DNA of 64,000 bases from Octopus sinensis (Eukaryota): NCBI RefSeq assembly GCF_006345805.1, contig NC_043004.1, positions 4,836,001 through 4,900,000 of the forward strand, in the 5' to 3' direction. The notes beneath the pieces were generated by a model, which was given only the letters and a program-made list of their open reading frames with translations, was not told where the DNA came from and did not search any database. This document shows, piece by piece, positions 47,622 to 61,489 of the stretch (the stretch's first letter is position 1; the number at the start of each line of letters is the position of its first letter). The translations under genes and the position numbers were made by a program.

Positions 47622-48948
47622 TGATATGATAAACTTCAGAATTTAGGATCAAAAGGTAAAAAAAAATGAATTTGCTTGGTGAATAATGATGGTAAGGGGA
47701 CTAGAAATAACAACCAAATCTCTTTCAAATTATATCTTACCATCTTTAAAAAGAAGTAAAAATATATAAGAAAATGAAGTCTTGCATACAATATGTTTGA
47801 AAACAAAGGATGGCATGGTCACAGTTGGATTGCCTTTGATTATAAGCCTATTTGCTCAAGGCTGGTTTGGGGCTAAGATCAATGTGCCATTTCCTGCAAA
47901 GGATTGATCTGGAACCAAAAAAAGCTGTAGAAAACCACTAAATGGATAGGCACGGCAGCTAGTTGAGAGTGGCTATGATTGATAAGAAACTGCAAATAGA
48001 ACTCTCCCATAGACGAAGACTAATTAAGTTCTTGCTGCCCTACTCTGATGAAGTGTCCAGGCTAAGGATCAAAATGCTTGTGGCCCTGAGATATCTGTTG
48101 ATGGTATGAGAAGGTTTCCAACATTGTGATGTATTTAGAAGAGCTTGCAAAACTTTTGGGTCACCCCTGTAGTTTCTGCATGGAGCAAAGCATCTCTGAT
48201 GTTTCTTTTACCATTTGTATTTTTCCCCCCCTCCATTTGAAAATTTTTCATGACCTACTTGTTTGGGACCACTAAGAGAGATCCTCTTCAATGTCACTTG
48301 ATCTGCTAGAAATAGCAGATAAAAACATCTTAAAACCACAACCTACCATCTTAAAAAAAAAAAAAAAAGGGAAAAGAAAAAGTGAAAAATGGGAAAACAC
48401 TATTGGTTAATGTAATCAGAGATAAATTCTGTTTGAAACGATGGGATGGAAATGACCAGAACGTCTTTGATTATATGTCTGCTCTATCAGAGCTGACTTA
48501 ACCTTAAACAACAATAACTATTAAATTGGCAACACAACATTGCCATGGTATGGTGAATAAAAACCGTTAAACTCCTTTTCCCTTGTGATAATTTGACACT
48601 CTAGTTGTATCTAATGGCACTAAGATGCATATCAAGGAAACATATCAATAACATTATTCTTTTCTTACTCAACTAAAGCCCCTCCTCCTACTCCTCTCTC
48701 TCTCTCTCTTTCAAAACTATCAAATGATAGGCAGGCCTCACAATCCCAGATAATCTCCCAAAGCGACTACATATCCATTCCATACCCTTGCCAAAACTGC
48801 ACCTCAAAGACTACCTCTTCCTCTTTAGGAATCAGAAAATATTTCAGCTATGATGAGGTGCTGACTCTCTTTACTAAGCTCATCTTTAGACTACAGCTCA
48901 CATCATATCTGGGAGGGAGCAGCTGCTCTCTCCTGTCTATCTGTCTGT

Positions 48949-48986
<38 letters not shown>

Positions 48987-49934
48987 CTTCTGTCTGTGAA
49001 TCACATCCAGAATATACATACCCATTTGATAGACAAGCCTTCCCTCATCAGCATGTCTCAATCACAATTACTGGCCTACCAGTGTACTGTGTCATCATCC
49101 TGTCTATTCTCCCAAAGCTACATTAATTCCAACTTCTGTATAAGATTACCAACTGTATACTATCTCTATCCAATCCCATTTGGTTGGCCTACTCTTTCTG
49201 TTCCTCCTCTTCCTCACATTATTCCCCTGTTCACAACTATATTCCATACTAAATGCTTTGTTACCCTATCTTTTTTTTTAAATACTCTGTGAATCCTTGC
49301 CTATAGTTTCTCACCTTGACTGTCATTATCTCACAAAACTGCAAGTTCTGTGGGCAATGTACCAGTTCCTTGGCACTAATAGAAGAACTGTATGATGGCT
49401 CATTGAGCAGAGTGCAGATTAGTACAGTTTTTTGATAGTCTGTAGTGCTGAAAGCAAATTCTCTCCTCATATGGTAGAAGAAAATTTTCTATATTAATAA
49501 GCACAAAATTCTCTCTATCCATCCAGGACCCCTGTATCTCAGTCTACATTTAGTCTGCATAGACATATTATTCCTTTTTTGGAATCAGGGTGATCCTGGG
49601 ATTGAAAATCTGCCCTTCATTTCGTTCTTGAACAGCATGCATTGGGATTTGATTTAAAAGCATTTGGGTTGCTATTTCTAGCAGGTAAAGCTTGGTTGAT
49701 TCACACCATCTTGGTTGGCATTTGTCAGATGACATCAGAGACCAAGGGGGGGATAAATGACATTCTCTTCATTAATTTTATGTTGAGATAAAAACTTTGG
49801 GACAGATTAGCCAAAAGTTGGAATTCAACTTGGGACTGGAACAGTAGAATGATTGCATTACAGAGTTAATTCTCATCCATCCTTAACCTCTGATCAGGGC
49901 ATATAGTCATTATAGACATATTCTGAAACTCCCT

Positions 49935-50245
49935 TCAGTCATAACTGACCATGGGATTGCACCTAGAAAGTTACCCTCCCAGGTACAAGTGTGGGCAAGG
50001 TTATTTATGGAAGACCAGCAGTCACTCATGCATACTGGCCTCCCCTATCCATGCCACCAATGTTATCCAAGAGAGAAGCAAAGGCTGATACAGCTTGGCA
50101 CCTGTGACGTTCTAACTCATTTCTACAGCTGAGTGAACTGGAGCAATGTGAAATAAAGTGTCTTGCTCAAGAACACAAGACTCAGCCTGGTCCAGGATTC
50201 GAGCTCACAACCTTACAATCATAAGCTCAATGCTCTAAGCAGCGA
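49935..50245 (-). mobile_element. SINE family C
   Basis: Reverse complement of 28621-28935; retains an internal segment that copy has lost. Confidence 0.85.
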
Positions 50246-50659
50246 GAGACACGATAGTTTGATCAAAAGCACCAGCTATTGCAAGCAAAATTAAATATTG
50301 AAAAAACACATTTGACCAAATTTGGACATATGACAGTTTAACATAATAGCAACGATATGAATGACTGTCAGTACGCATACATGTATGTATGTACATATGT
50401 TGCCTTATTTTTCTTCCCCTTAATTACTTGAATTCCTAATAAAAGAGCTGATTTCTAAGAAAGAAACAAAGTTCTGCTATTAAAATTTGGATATAAACAA
50501 TGGTTTAGTTACATGTTGAACTTCAGAAAAGTTTTGCATATTTTTTTCTGTTCTGCTTATAGATTGAATTTGCCAAGTGCCTGTTAACTGGTCAGTTTCT
50601 TTGCCAACAACCCCTCAGTTCTTTGAGATTGCCACTTAGACAAACAAGCACACCAATAA

Positions 50660-51035
50660 TCTGTTATATAAAATCCGTTCTGTCTGTCTGTGTGTTTTCT
50701 AGGATCTCGGGCATCCTCCATCTGATTGTGCTCAAATTTGATATGTAGATACCGACAGTATCAGGACGAGTATAAATCTTGAAAAAAATTACAAAAATCG
50801 ATTCCAGGTGAGAATGCGATTGATAAAGCCATGGAAATGTGCATTTGTACATGCAAGTACATAAGCTGTTGCAATCGATACTACGCATATGCGAGAAAAA
50901 TGCAGTTGATGCAAAAAAAGCTGGCTGGCTTGAAATAATGCCGCAAAAAGGGACAGTCGGACAAGTTGTTTTGAGAAAATTTGGTTTGAATATTTGACAT
51001 CTCAGCACCATCCATTGGACGGGGCATTTTGCTCG
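50660..51035 (+). mobile_element. Non-autonomous Helitron (family 1)
   Basis: A/TCTGTTATATAAAA start, subterminal ccatccattggacgg hairpin, CTCG/T end (CTAG with one mismatch). Confidence 0.7.
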
Positions 51036-51595
51036 TTATAGCTATAGATGTGAATTTATGTTATGGATAGCAAAACAATAGGTTTCAGCAGTCGTCTATA
51101 AATATTCTCTTCCCAGCAGATTGGGGGTGGGTGGGTGTAAATCTGTGAAGCAAAGTGACCTGTATAACTTGCTTATTTTTGTGTTTTCTGTCCCATATTC
51201 ATATCAAATATATTTGCACTTGGTAGAAATTTTGATGGGTGTGTTCCATCAATTACATCGGTGTGTGTGTATGGATGTATGCATTTAACATCAGAAGTAT
51301 TTTCTATATTTATTGCAAGGCAGTCTTGCTTATGGATGGTATTAGTCTACTGTTTTGGCAACAATATCTTCTGCAGAATTTTGAAAAAATTGTCACATCT
51401 TGAGGATTTGAGAGCTTCACTGTCTTTTATATTTATTTTGTATTTATAGCTTGTTCTTGTTCTTGGATTGCAAAAGCTTAACCTTTGAATTGTGACATGG
51501 TGTAATAGTCAGGAGTCCAAGAGAGGTGCTACATTTACTCTCAAACTTAACATCACCCTCAGATTTATAGGAAACAAACATACACATGACTTGGA

Positions 51596-51814
51596 ACCTT
51601 TAGCATTCCTATTACTCTATCAGGTGTAATATTTATTTATTCATATTGTTCTGAATTAACCATGCTTTATCTCATTGCTTCAAGATTTCAATGATTGTTT
51701 ATTCTTAGGATGATGTTGTAGAGTAGGTAGGATAGGCCAGATCTCGCTAGCTTGAACATAATAACATTGGAATATTTGAGCTGTGTACAGCTTGTTTATA
51801 TATTTGAGGGTTAA
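51596..51814 (-). mobile_element. piggyBac-type MITE family G
   Basis: cctttagcatt...gagggTTAA. Confidence 0.7.
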
Positions 51815-52295
51815 CGAGCAATTTTCATGTGTTTAACTATCAGTGTGGACATTTTGGAAGGCTAGATATGTGGGGGTGTATATGTGTGTGTCTTTATCAT
51901 TATATATGTATGTGTTCCTTGCAATACAGTAAACTCTCACTGCCCTAACCTACATCAATGTGAATAAGTGCCATTCGAAAAGCATAGCTGATCACTGTAA
52001 GCAGCAACTAGATAACTGATGTGTGCTTTTGTTAGCTTCAAGTTTCCTTCACACATTGTACTCTTAGAAGCTGTAAGATAAAACAAGTCAACTAATTTCA
52101 TTACAAGATGAATGGCTGGCTTAGTTCTTAGGGATATGTGAATCACTTTCATATACAAATATCTAAATTTGTATTATAAAAAAAAAAAAGAGAAAATCCG
52201 ACTCAGCTTTCTTTAGAAAAATCAATGTTGAAAAACAAAGAGGGTGTTTATGGAAGTGGTTTGATTTCCATCAAGCACTCAGCTTGTAAATGTTT

Positions 52296-52343
<48 letters not shown>

Positions 52344-54354
52344 AAACCTTTATGATTGGAATAAAGGAGCACCAATGTTCTTCATATATATATATATATA
52401 GGTATATTTAGGCTTGTCTTCAGCCTGACTCAACTAATATCCATATTCTACACACAAATGGTCCACTCTTATTATATATTTACACGATGTATTAATCACC
52501 AAATTTCTTTTTCTCCTAATCCCTAGGATAATCCACTTAGGTAATCTCATCACAAGTTATTCTGATATTTCTTTATTTCATCAGTGCATTTTGTACAGAA
52601 TCCCTATAACTGATCCTAAAATAACTTTTAGCAGTTATATTTCCTTAATCCCATCTCTATCTCATCTTTATTTCATTCTGTTATTAATATTCATTGAAGG
52701 CTTCTTAAGACATTAACTGTCTCTCTCTGTAAGCATCATACCAAACAATAAGAGCAATTTGTTCTCTTTACCACTGCAATTCTGAAAGCAATCACTTCAC
52801 TCAATCTTGACAGCTACTGCTCTTTCTTCTGACCAGTACATCAAAATGATCCCTGTTCTTTGTATCGATGACCTACTCTTCATTCTGATGACCAGTGTTC
52901 TTTACTCTGCTGATTATTGCCTCATTGAGCTCTCATTCCTTTCTCTGCATTCCCACAATGTACCAGAATGCAACTTTTCAAACTTCACATTAAACTAAAT
53001 TTCCTTTCACTATCCATTTCCTTGATCTGATCCCCACCCCACCCCTTCACTATCACTGTCTGCTATTTAAAGAATCACCTCCCCCTATTTTCTCTTAAAC
53101 AGCAACAAAGCTATTAGCTTGGAGACCTTATAAAACCATCTAATTGGTCAAATTATATTAAGGCTCTCTTCCTAGATCACAGAATCCCTGAGTAGCTGGT
53201 TCCCACAAGAACCTTGCCTGTTTTATCACCCCACACACTCTCAAAAATAAACTCTTCATTAAATTGTGTTCCACATTCTCTGTTAAACTTCCTCTTTCTG
53301 ACAACTCTTTCTTCCTTTCTATTCTTTTCTTTATATCACAAAGGTTGATTCTGTGATGGATTTTGTTTTAATTCCTATCCAATGTACCCCACCAGTCCCA
53401 CCCAAACATTATTCCACTTAACCATTTATAAAAAAAAAAAAAGAAAAGAAAAAAAAAAACTAACCTTAATTTAAAGGACTGAACTTTTTGTATTCCTGAG
53501 AGACTAGGAGTCGAATTTATCATTTGATAGCAAAATCCCCTCCTCTATAAGTTCACCCCAACCTGACCTTTATTAAGAAGTACATCTAAGAAATAACTTC
53601 CTTTCCAGATCTAACAGATTACATATAGCAGTTCTCCTTCAGTCATTCTTTTACTATACTTCCTCTGGTCTCCTTCCTTATAACCATACACACAACAGTT
53701 TTGACAACAAAAATTAATGACATATGCAAACACACACACACATACTTATATATAACTGTGGTAATAAGATTATGTGACATATTAGATAGAATTTAAATCT
53801 GTTTAAGGGATTTATTTAAAAAAAAAAAAGTAAAATACCAACATTGATGCTACCCCAACAATGGACATCATTAGTAAATTACTTTGTGATGTTGTTGTGT
53901 GCTCTAGATTTAAGCTGTGACTGCTGCTGCTGTTGTTACTGTTGCTTCTATAACTATTTTATGACTTCAATAATGTTGCTAATCATGATGAAACTTTGTT
54001 TATCTAAACAAAGGCTCATTAAGATTAAGTACATGCATGTATGCATGGGGGAGAGGAGCACATTATTAGGCTTTGTAACATAATGTGTCATTCCCTTGGA
54101 AAGTCATAATTAACATGTGTCAGTAATGATGTTGATGTTGTTGTCGTTGTTATTCTTATAGTGATGGTGGTAGCCCGAAATTAGATTTCAGCCTGGGGCT
54201 TCCTGCTACTTGTTGAAACTTATGTTAAAAGGCAGTTACGGTCCCGTTGTCTACTGTTTCGTATTTTGTGGCGGGGACTCCAATAATTTAGTGGGATAGT
54301 AGTTGTTTCTTCATCTTCACTAAACTTCTAAATTTAGTTGTTGCTGTTGTTGTT

Positions 54355-54810
54355 AAAGTGGTGAGCTCATGGAATTGTTACTGTGCTGGAGAAAACACTT
54401 TGCGAAATTTCTTGACTTCACTTTCTGAGTTCAAATGCTGCCAGGGTCACCTTTGTCTTTCATCCTTTCAGGGTCAATAAAATAAATACCTATTTCTTTA
54501 TTACCCACAAGGGGCTAAACACAGAGGGGACAAACAAGGACAGACATAGGTATTAAGTCAATTACATCGACCCCAGTGCGTAACTGGTACTTAATTTATC
54601 GACCCTTAAAGGATGAAAGGCAAAGTCGACCTCGGCGGAATTTGAACTCACAACGTAACGGCAGACAAAATACCACTAAGCATTTCGCCCGGCATGCTAG
54701 CGTTACCGCCAGCTCACCGCCAATAAAATAAATACCGGTTGAATACAGGGGTTGATGTAATCAACTTAACCCTTCCCCTGAAATTGCCGGCTTTGTGCCA
54801 AAGTTTGACA
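54355..54810 (+). mobile_element. Old SINE B (B2) interrupted by an antisense young B1
   Basis: Host is continuous across the TSD. Confidence 0.8.
54491..54720 (-). mobile_element. Young full-length SINE B1 with 16-bp TSD
   Basis: CAATAAAATAAATACC at 54475-54490 and 54721-54736. Confidence 0.92.
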
Positions 54811-54825
54811 CTATTATTATTATTA

Positions 54826-56065
54826 TTTTTCAGTAGTCTTATTTTTATCACGTGTTTTCACTGCACTACTGAGCACAGCTCTGTGCCTTGGGTATGTGCT
54901 GTGCTTTATTGTGATGCTCTCGTTTTTACTGTATTGAAAGTGTTTTACATAGGATGTGTGCAGTACCTAGTAGTGCTATTTTCTGTGTGTTATATATATG
55001 CTTAAGATCTTTATCATGGTGGCACTTGTATTCTTTTTGTGCAAGGCTTTCACCTCCACTTATTGAGTGGGTCACATTTTCCCTACTCTTTCCACAGAGT
55101 CTGCATTTCTGGGTGTCAGAAGTTTTATAAATGTTATACTTCACTGAATTGGTAGGAAGAGCCTTGTCTTGTGCAGCAATGATCAGGCTTTTGGTGATAC
55201 ACTTCAAATCACCTCGCTCAAGCCATGCCCATGATGCTGTATTATCCTTAACGTCTTGTGTATTCCTTTCAAACTGTCCATGCATTCTCATTTCAAGAAG
55301 GTCTTCTTTTCTCTTCTCATCAGCTCATTGGTTAAACTCTTCCTTGCCCATCATTTCATTTGCATTTATACCCATATCTTTCACAGCATATTGCAGCAGG
55401 TCTTCATCATTATTTATCAAATACTCAACAAGCATTCTCCTTTCACTCCTTATACAATGGTCTATGCTAATTAGTCCTCGGCCACCATTCTTTTGTTTAT
55501 GGATATACAGTCTGTTTACGTTTGCTTTAGGGTGTAGTGCCCTATGCAGCATCATCAACTTTCATGTCCTTCTACCCCATGATGATATTCCCTCCTTAGT
55601 CCACTTGAGCATGGACATACTATATCTGACCACCACAACTTCTCAGATATTCATTGCAGTAATCAAAGTTTTGGCATTCAGTTTGGATTTCAACACCATC
55701 TTCACCCTTTTTTGATACACCTCTCTGACCTTGACTTTCATTTCTCTATGTAGATTGTCATCCAGCTCCAAAATCCCAAAATATTTATGCCCACTACCAT
55801 CGGGTATCACCCATGGTCTCTCTCCTGATGGTAACCGCAATCCTCTGCAGGCTATTTTCTTCCCTTTTTCATATTAAGTACTGAGCATTTAGTAATCCCA
55901 AATTCCATACCGATGTCCTTACTACACTTCTGGACTGTTTTGATTAAGGAACCTATCTGTTTTTCAGATTTCCCAAACAATTTCAGGTCATCCATAAACA
56001 GAAGATGGTTCAATGATGGGCCTTTCTTCCCACATTGGTAACCCATCTTAACTTTCCTTAGTGTC
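54826..56065 (-). mobile_element. 5'-truncated R4/Dong-clade LINE (RT, zinc knuckle, RLE deleted, 3' UTR ending in (AAT)n)
   Basis: LNHLLFMDDLKLFGK (FMDD at about 55988-55999), HPKANVNRLY..GGRGLIS, CRLCGKSRENVTH, C-terminal QKIALLGTAHIL; stops and a frameshift present. Confidence 0.9.
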
Positions 56066-56849
56066 ATTGTTATGGGTATCATTGTTGCTGTTGTTGTTGT
56101 TGTCATTGTGATGGTGGTGGGGTAGATTGGGAGAAAAAAACAAAATTCTGTGGCATTTGTTCAAGCTCTTAATATTCTGGGTCAGAACCCACTGAAATCA
56201 GCCTGGCTTCCCAATTCTCCAAGATCAATATAATAAGGTGCCAGTCATGTATTGGGATCATTATAATAATAACAACCAAATTCAGCAGGATTACGTTTGA
56301 GAAATAATTGCTATTCTCTCTACTTGTCACCAACAGTGATGTTCACAAATTATCTGCTATTGGAGCCCATAAAAAGATAAGAGCCAAAGTGCTGGTAACT
56401 AGGATCTTAGCTACATCATCTTCACCATCATCATCAACATCAACAACTGGGGACCTCATAATTGCAAAACAAATGTTTCAACTACTCATCCATACTTATA
56501 CCCCCACCACATATGACCACACTGTACAACACAGTAACAGAAATATCTGTTTATCACTTTGAATTTTAAATAGTAGTCACTTTACTGTTCTTGTCTTTAA
56601 TCTAGGTTTCTTGAAAATGTTTTTGCAAATCTCTCATATAATTCTTTGATATTTATTGAAGGAGATATAGCCGCTGTACTTGGCAGGTGTTCAAGTTTCT
56701 TTTCTGGTCTGGTCCTTTACCTTTCATTCTTCCAGAGTTTATTGAATAAAGTACCAGTGAAGTCCTAGGTTTGATGTAATTAACTGCTCCCATCTCTCCA
56801 AGTTTTTGCTGTTGTGTCTGTGAAAGAAATTATCATTCTTCTAGTCACT

Positions 56850-57220
56850 GACATGGCTGTGTGGTTAACAAGATTGCTTCCTAACCATGTGGTTTTGGGT
56901 TCAGTTCTATTATGTGGTGCTTTGGGCAAGTATCTTCTACTACAGCCCCAAGCTGACCAAGTGGATTTGGTAAAGGGAAACTGGAAGAAGCCCACTGTGT
57001 GTTTGTGTATGCGTGCGCAATGGTCATAAAGGGGTGTCACTGTCATATAAGCAATGTTGTTCAGTTCCAGTCTTCTATGAAAAATGTATAGCCATGAGGA
57101 AATACTACTTTGCCTGGAAACAGGTGAGGGTTTGCCACAGGAGGGGTACATGGCTGTAGAATATCTACAAATTCCATCTAACCCATGTTAGAATGGAAAA
57201 GGGGACATCAAATGATGATG
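56850..57220 (+). mobile_element. SINE family A (A2 tail)
   Basis: Head, body and (ATG)n/(GGT)n tail. Confidence 0.8.
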
Positions 57221-57261
57221 GTGGTGGTGGTGGTGGTATTTATTCTTTTTTAGCTGAACTA

Positions 57262-57490
57262 AACAGGGATGTAAACAAGTCAACACTTGTCAAGTGGCAG
57301 GGACAAATACAAACACATGCGCACATAGATACAACAGGTTTCTTTCAGATTTTCCCTACCAATTCCACTCAAAAGGCCTTGGTTGGCCTGGGGCTTTAGT
57401 AGAAGACATTTCCCTGAGGTGTCACAAAGTGGAACCTAACCTGGAACCCTGTGGTTAGAAAGCAAATTTCTTACTACTCAGTTACACCTG
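57262..57490 (-). mobile_element. SINE family A, partial, inverted relative to its neighbour
   Basis: Reverse complement of the A head and A1 body start. Confidence 0.7.
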
Positions 57491-60209
57491 TTTGTATTAT
57501 AAGTAAGTTAGGGAAAGGAACAGACAAATCTTGTGACCTTTGCAAGCCCTTCCAGGTTGGTGGGATTGATGCAAGTTGGGCATTAAAACCCAATTTGAAT
57601 ATGTGCAGGTCAAACAGGAAAGGAAGAAACTAGGTGTAAACTCTTATCAATTCACCCAATATCCTACTGGTTCTGTTCAACTATATGACATGTCTGACTG
57701 AACAGCAGTTGTTAAAAAGAAATCAATGGGGATGGTCATGATCCTCATCATAGCAACAAATAAATAACTTGTTAACAGAAGATATGAGAGCATTGATAGT
57801 TGAATGAATAGAAAACCCAGCAAGAGGCTGAGAGGTGAGAAGTTCATATCCTGTCACTGGCAGTGAATTGTACCTATAATCAAGACATTTGACTCTTAAC
57901 ATCGGATTCTCTCTTGTATGTAAACAGGTACCTCAGGGTGATGATTTGTTGCAACACAGTAGTCTGTTGTCTTGCTCTGCTGAGTTCATTTCCAGCCATG
58001 AGATAAGCCACTTGTAATAGTTCAGTGTCCTACTTATCAACATCAGCACTAGAGAAACCAGAGTTGAAAATGCGTCTCAAAGGATTCATGTGGCTTGGAA
58101 AGGACAAGCTAACTCAATGTGTGTGTGTGGTAGGGTAGGACAGAGGAGGAAATGATGCTGATATTTACAAATATCTTGGCTAGATATTGTTGTTCTGTAA
58201 ATGAAAGTTTATAACCGGTGTAATAGTATATAACCTATAAAGTGTACATTGATATTGAATGTCTATGTAAACATTTGTTGCATTTACATTCCAACATACA
58301 TGTTAAATGGGCTGTAAATTTCTTCTCAGCATCAAGACCACCCTGATAGTTCTAGGATCTTATGAAAAGGAATTAACATGTTGATTAGTAAATAATTAAT
58401 CAAGATTAGTCAAAGAAGCTGCAGAGCAAATGTATGAAATTGCTCTAAAAGTGACAGGAAACCCAAAAATAAAATACCTTACTTTCAGTTAGTACTTATG
58501 CTAGCATAAAGGTGTAAGAGTTATATGTAAAGTATAAGGTTGAAGGGAATAACTTCACTTTGTTAGATACACCATATTTCAGTGTTATGTAAAAACATAT
58601 TTCATAAGTAGTCACAGGAGAAAGGTTGCTTCTGTACAGTTATTTGCTCAATCAAGTCTTCTTCAAATGTCATCTTGTTGTCATCAAAATTAGAAACCAC
58701 ATGTTCCAGGCCCTACTACCTCTTTTCAAGGGAATCCCTTGACAGTCAGTTCGCTTTCTTGAAATAGTAACCACATCTACCTTATATCACAGACTTAGAT
58801 GTTCATGATTGGAATACCTTTGATCAATGTAGCAAAAAGACAATGGAATGATTTATTTGATCAGACAGAAATATCAGCGATTGGAGTGCAAGAGTTAAAT
58901 TGACTATGTTTCTGGTCTATGGCTTCATTGGTCTTCAAAGACATGTTTCTGTATCTGCATTTGTGGTTGCTCATTATCTCCATCGGTGATCAGTAATGTG
59001 TTTCTACATTTTCATTAGTGGTCAGTGTTGTTTCTGTTATCTTCTTGAACAGCCATTAGTGATCATTGGCACTGATAACTAATGACCACTATTACCAGAT
59101 ATGGTCATGCTTGTCAGCAAACACAGCTGCTTCTAACTAGTTGCCTATCCAATGTAATTGCACTGTGGTTAACGTTGTTGCTCTACTCTCGTAAAGAGTG
59201 TGCATTAAAATCTTCACAACTGTCCCTGATCAATTAAGAAGTAAACATGATATATATTTCATATAAATATAATGATATCAAATAAGGGAATGCCACTGCA
59301 TTGTGACTCATTATATGTGAGGTTTGTTAAGATTAAACTAGTGCCGCTACTACCACTACCATTGTGTTCTGTGTCCAGATGACTTTCCTGACACCAACCC
59401 TTACTATGAAGAAGGAGCTTCATAGTCATCACCAGTCTTTTTAAACATCTTATGGCATGAGCTTAAAAACCAAAAGAGAGACTTATGGACACATTCTGCT
59501 CATTCCTACTTGGCTATATCAGATGTTATATTTTGGAGACTTCTACACTATAATAGAGGACAAAGGTCACTCAATTATATTAATGTTATTGACAAGACAC
59601 ATCTTTGTGCCTAAATTAGAAACATTATTATGATATTTATTTTGATATAAATCTTTAGAATTGTTTTTCTATGTCACAATGCTTACATTATATTTTCTCT
59701 CACTTTTGTGTTTTTTTCATACAAAATGTGCATTCTCAGAATCTTGGAACTACTTTGCTGTATTTTATAACCCCCCCCCTCTCTCTCTCACACACACAAT
59801 TATCTCAGTTTTGAAATATACACATTGTATATATTCCACTAAAATTGTTGGTGATAGGAAAGACATCCATTTGTAAGTCACTAACTCAGAAAACTCATCT
59901 AACCTATGCCAGCATGGAAAAGGAGATGTAAAACAGTAATGCTGTGTAGAATGCTGGATAAAAGTACTTTGTAATGTTTGGTTATTTCCTTCTGGTTACA
60001 TTTCTCTGTTGACCTCGCCTTTCTTCCTTACAGGGTCAATAAAATTAGTTCCAAACACTGTACTGAAATTAATAGAATTGACTAAAACTCTCAACATTCC
60101 TGCAGTCCAATGACTGACACTAGTAGAGAAATATTTTCCTAAGGAATACACTAGTATAACTATTGTAATCACTGCTATCATCTTGTCACAAAACTATTAT
60201 AGGGTATTA

Positions 60210-60722
60210 TCTATATATATAAAACTGTAGTTGTGTGAGTGTCTGTCCCCTTCGATTTAGATTCCTAACTACTCCCACATTTTGCGGTGCAGTTTAACCA
60301 AATTCGGGTATCTTATAGTCGTGATTCATATCGAGCTCGTCTGGCTATTAGCGTGCGTCTACGATGAGTCTACGATTTTAAAAATAATTTAACATCATTT
60401 TTTATTCCATTTTAATGCATAATTTTTCGTGTGTCGATGGCGGCGGAGTTGGCGTCCATGGTCACACCTGCACCTGTTTGCTTCTCCCCCTTCTTCCCTC
60501 CCTCGTGAAGCTGTGGGGAAGGGAGTGTAAGGAAATCAACGTCGTAAAGCATTGTCAAGGAGACCAGCGTTCTTTTAGAACAACGACTTCATGGCTTGAA
60601 GACACCAAAACAGAAATGGCTAAGAAAGCCCGAATTGGCATCTATAAGGGAAGTAACTCTCTAAAAATGCTTATATAGTTATTTCCCTTACAAACCCGAG
60701 CAACGCCGGGCGATACTGCTAG
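60210..60722 (+). mobile_element. Non-autonomous Helitron (family 2), intact ends
   Basis: A/TCTATATATATAAAA start, CCCGAGCAACGCCGGG hairpin at 60695-60710, CTAG/T end, no TSD. Confidence 0.9.
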
Positions 60723-61489
60723 TGTTTTATAAAGCTGTTAAGTGCTATTTGATATTGCATCACTACCATTGAATATTGTAGTTATTTATAAAAATATTTC
60801 CACAGTTTGACCCATTCTGCTGATATTCTAAGGAATAAGTATTTGGCACCAGTGGTTGAAACTGCTTGGAATGGAATAAAACTAGAGGGAGCATTTTGTG
60901 CTATTTGAATGGCTTCTAAGTAGACTCTGTACTTTTTTACATATATTATTTGCATATAAGAATTACAAAGTTACTTTATTCTGTATAGTCTCAACAACCA
61001 TATATTGTTTCATTCTTTACCATTAACTGAATTGATTTATGAAAACAAACTGGTCGTACCCGACCTTTCCAAAGTGACTAGCGAGTGCAGTGTTGATTGA
61101 TGAAGTCACTGATCAAAGCTGGTCTTTAGAAAGGGCTAGCAGGTGCAGAAGACTTGATTTATGAGGATGGATTGATCAAAGCTGAACCCTAAGAGGACAT
61201 GTAACATGGATTTATCCATATTGACTTCCAAGCCATCCCTTTCCAGTGACACAAGTTATAAATAGATTTGTTCCAAATCATGAAGGGGTCAAGTGGATAA
61301 TGATGATAGGAAATACTTTATTTTAACCTCTTTTAGTATAAGTAATTTACTGAAAGTTTGCTAAGAGAATGGAAGTTGTCAATAAACACTTATTGTCATG
61401 CCAATTTTAAAATACAATAAATTTCAGTTTTAAATTATTTTAATTTCATGATATTTTGTTGCCATTTATTAGTATATCTAATGGGTGGA

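Noticed and set aside
48150-48172. Tc1/mariner element from the ttttgggtcacccctgta end
   Set aside because: Only one TIR-like end was found.
52800-53700. LINE endonuclease/RT relic
   Set aside because: Only a vague SDH-like similarity; not enough to call.
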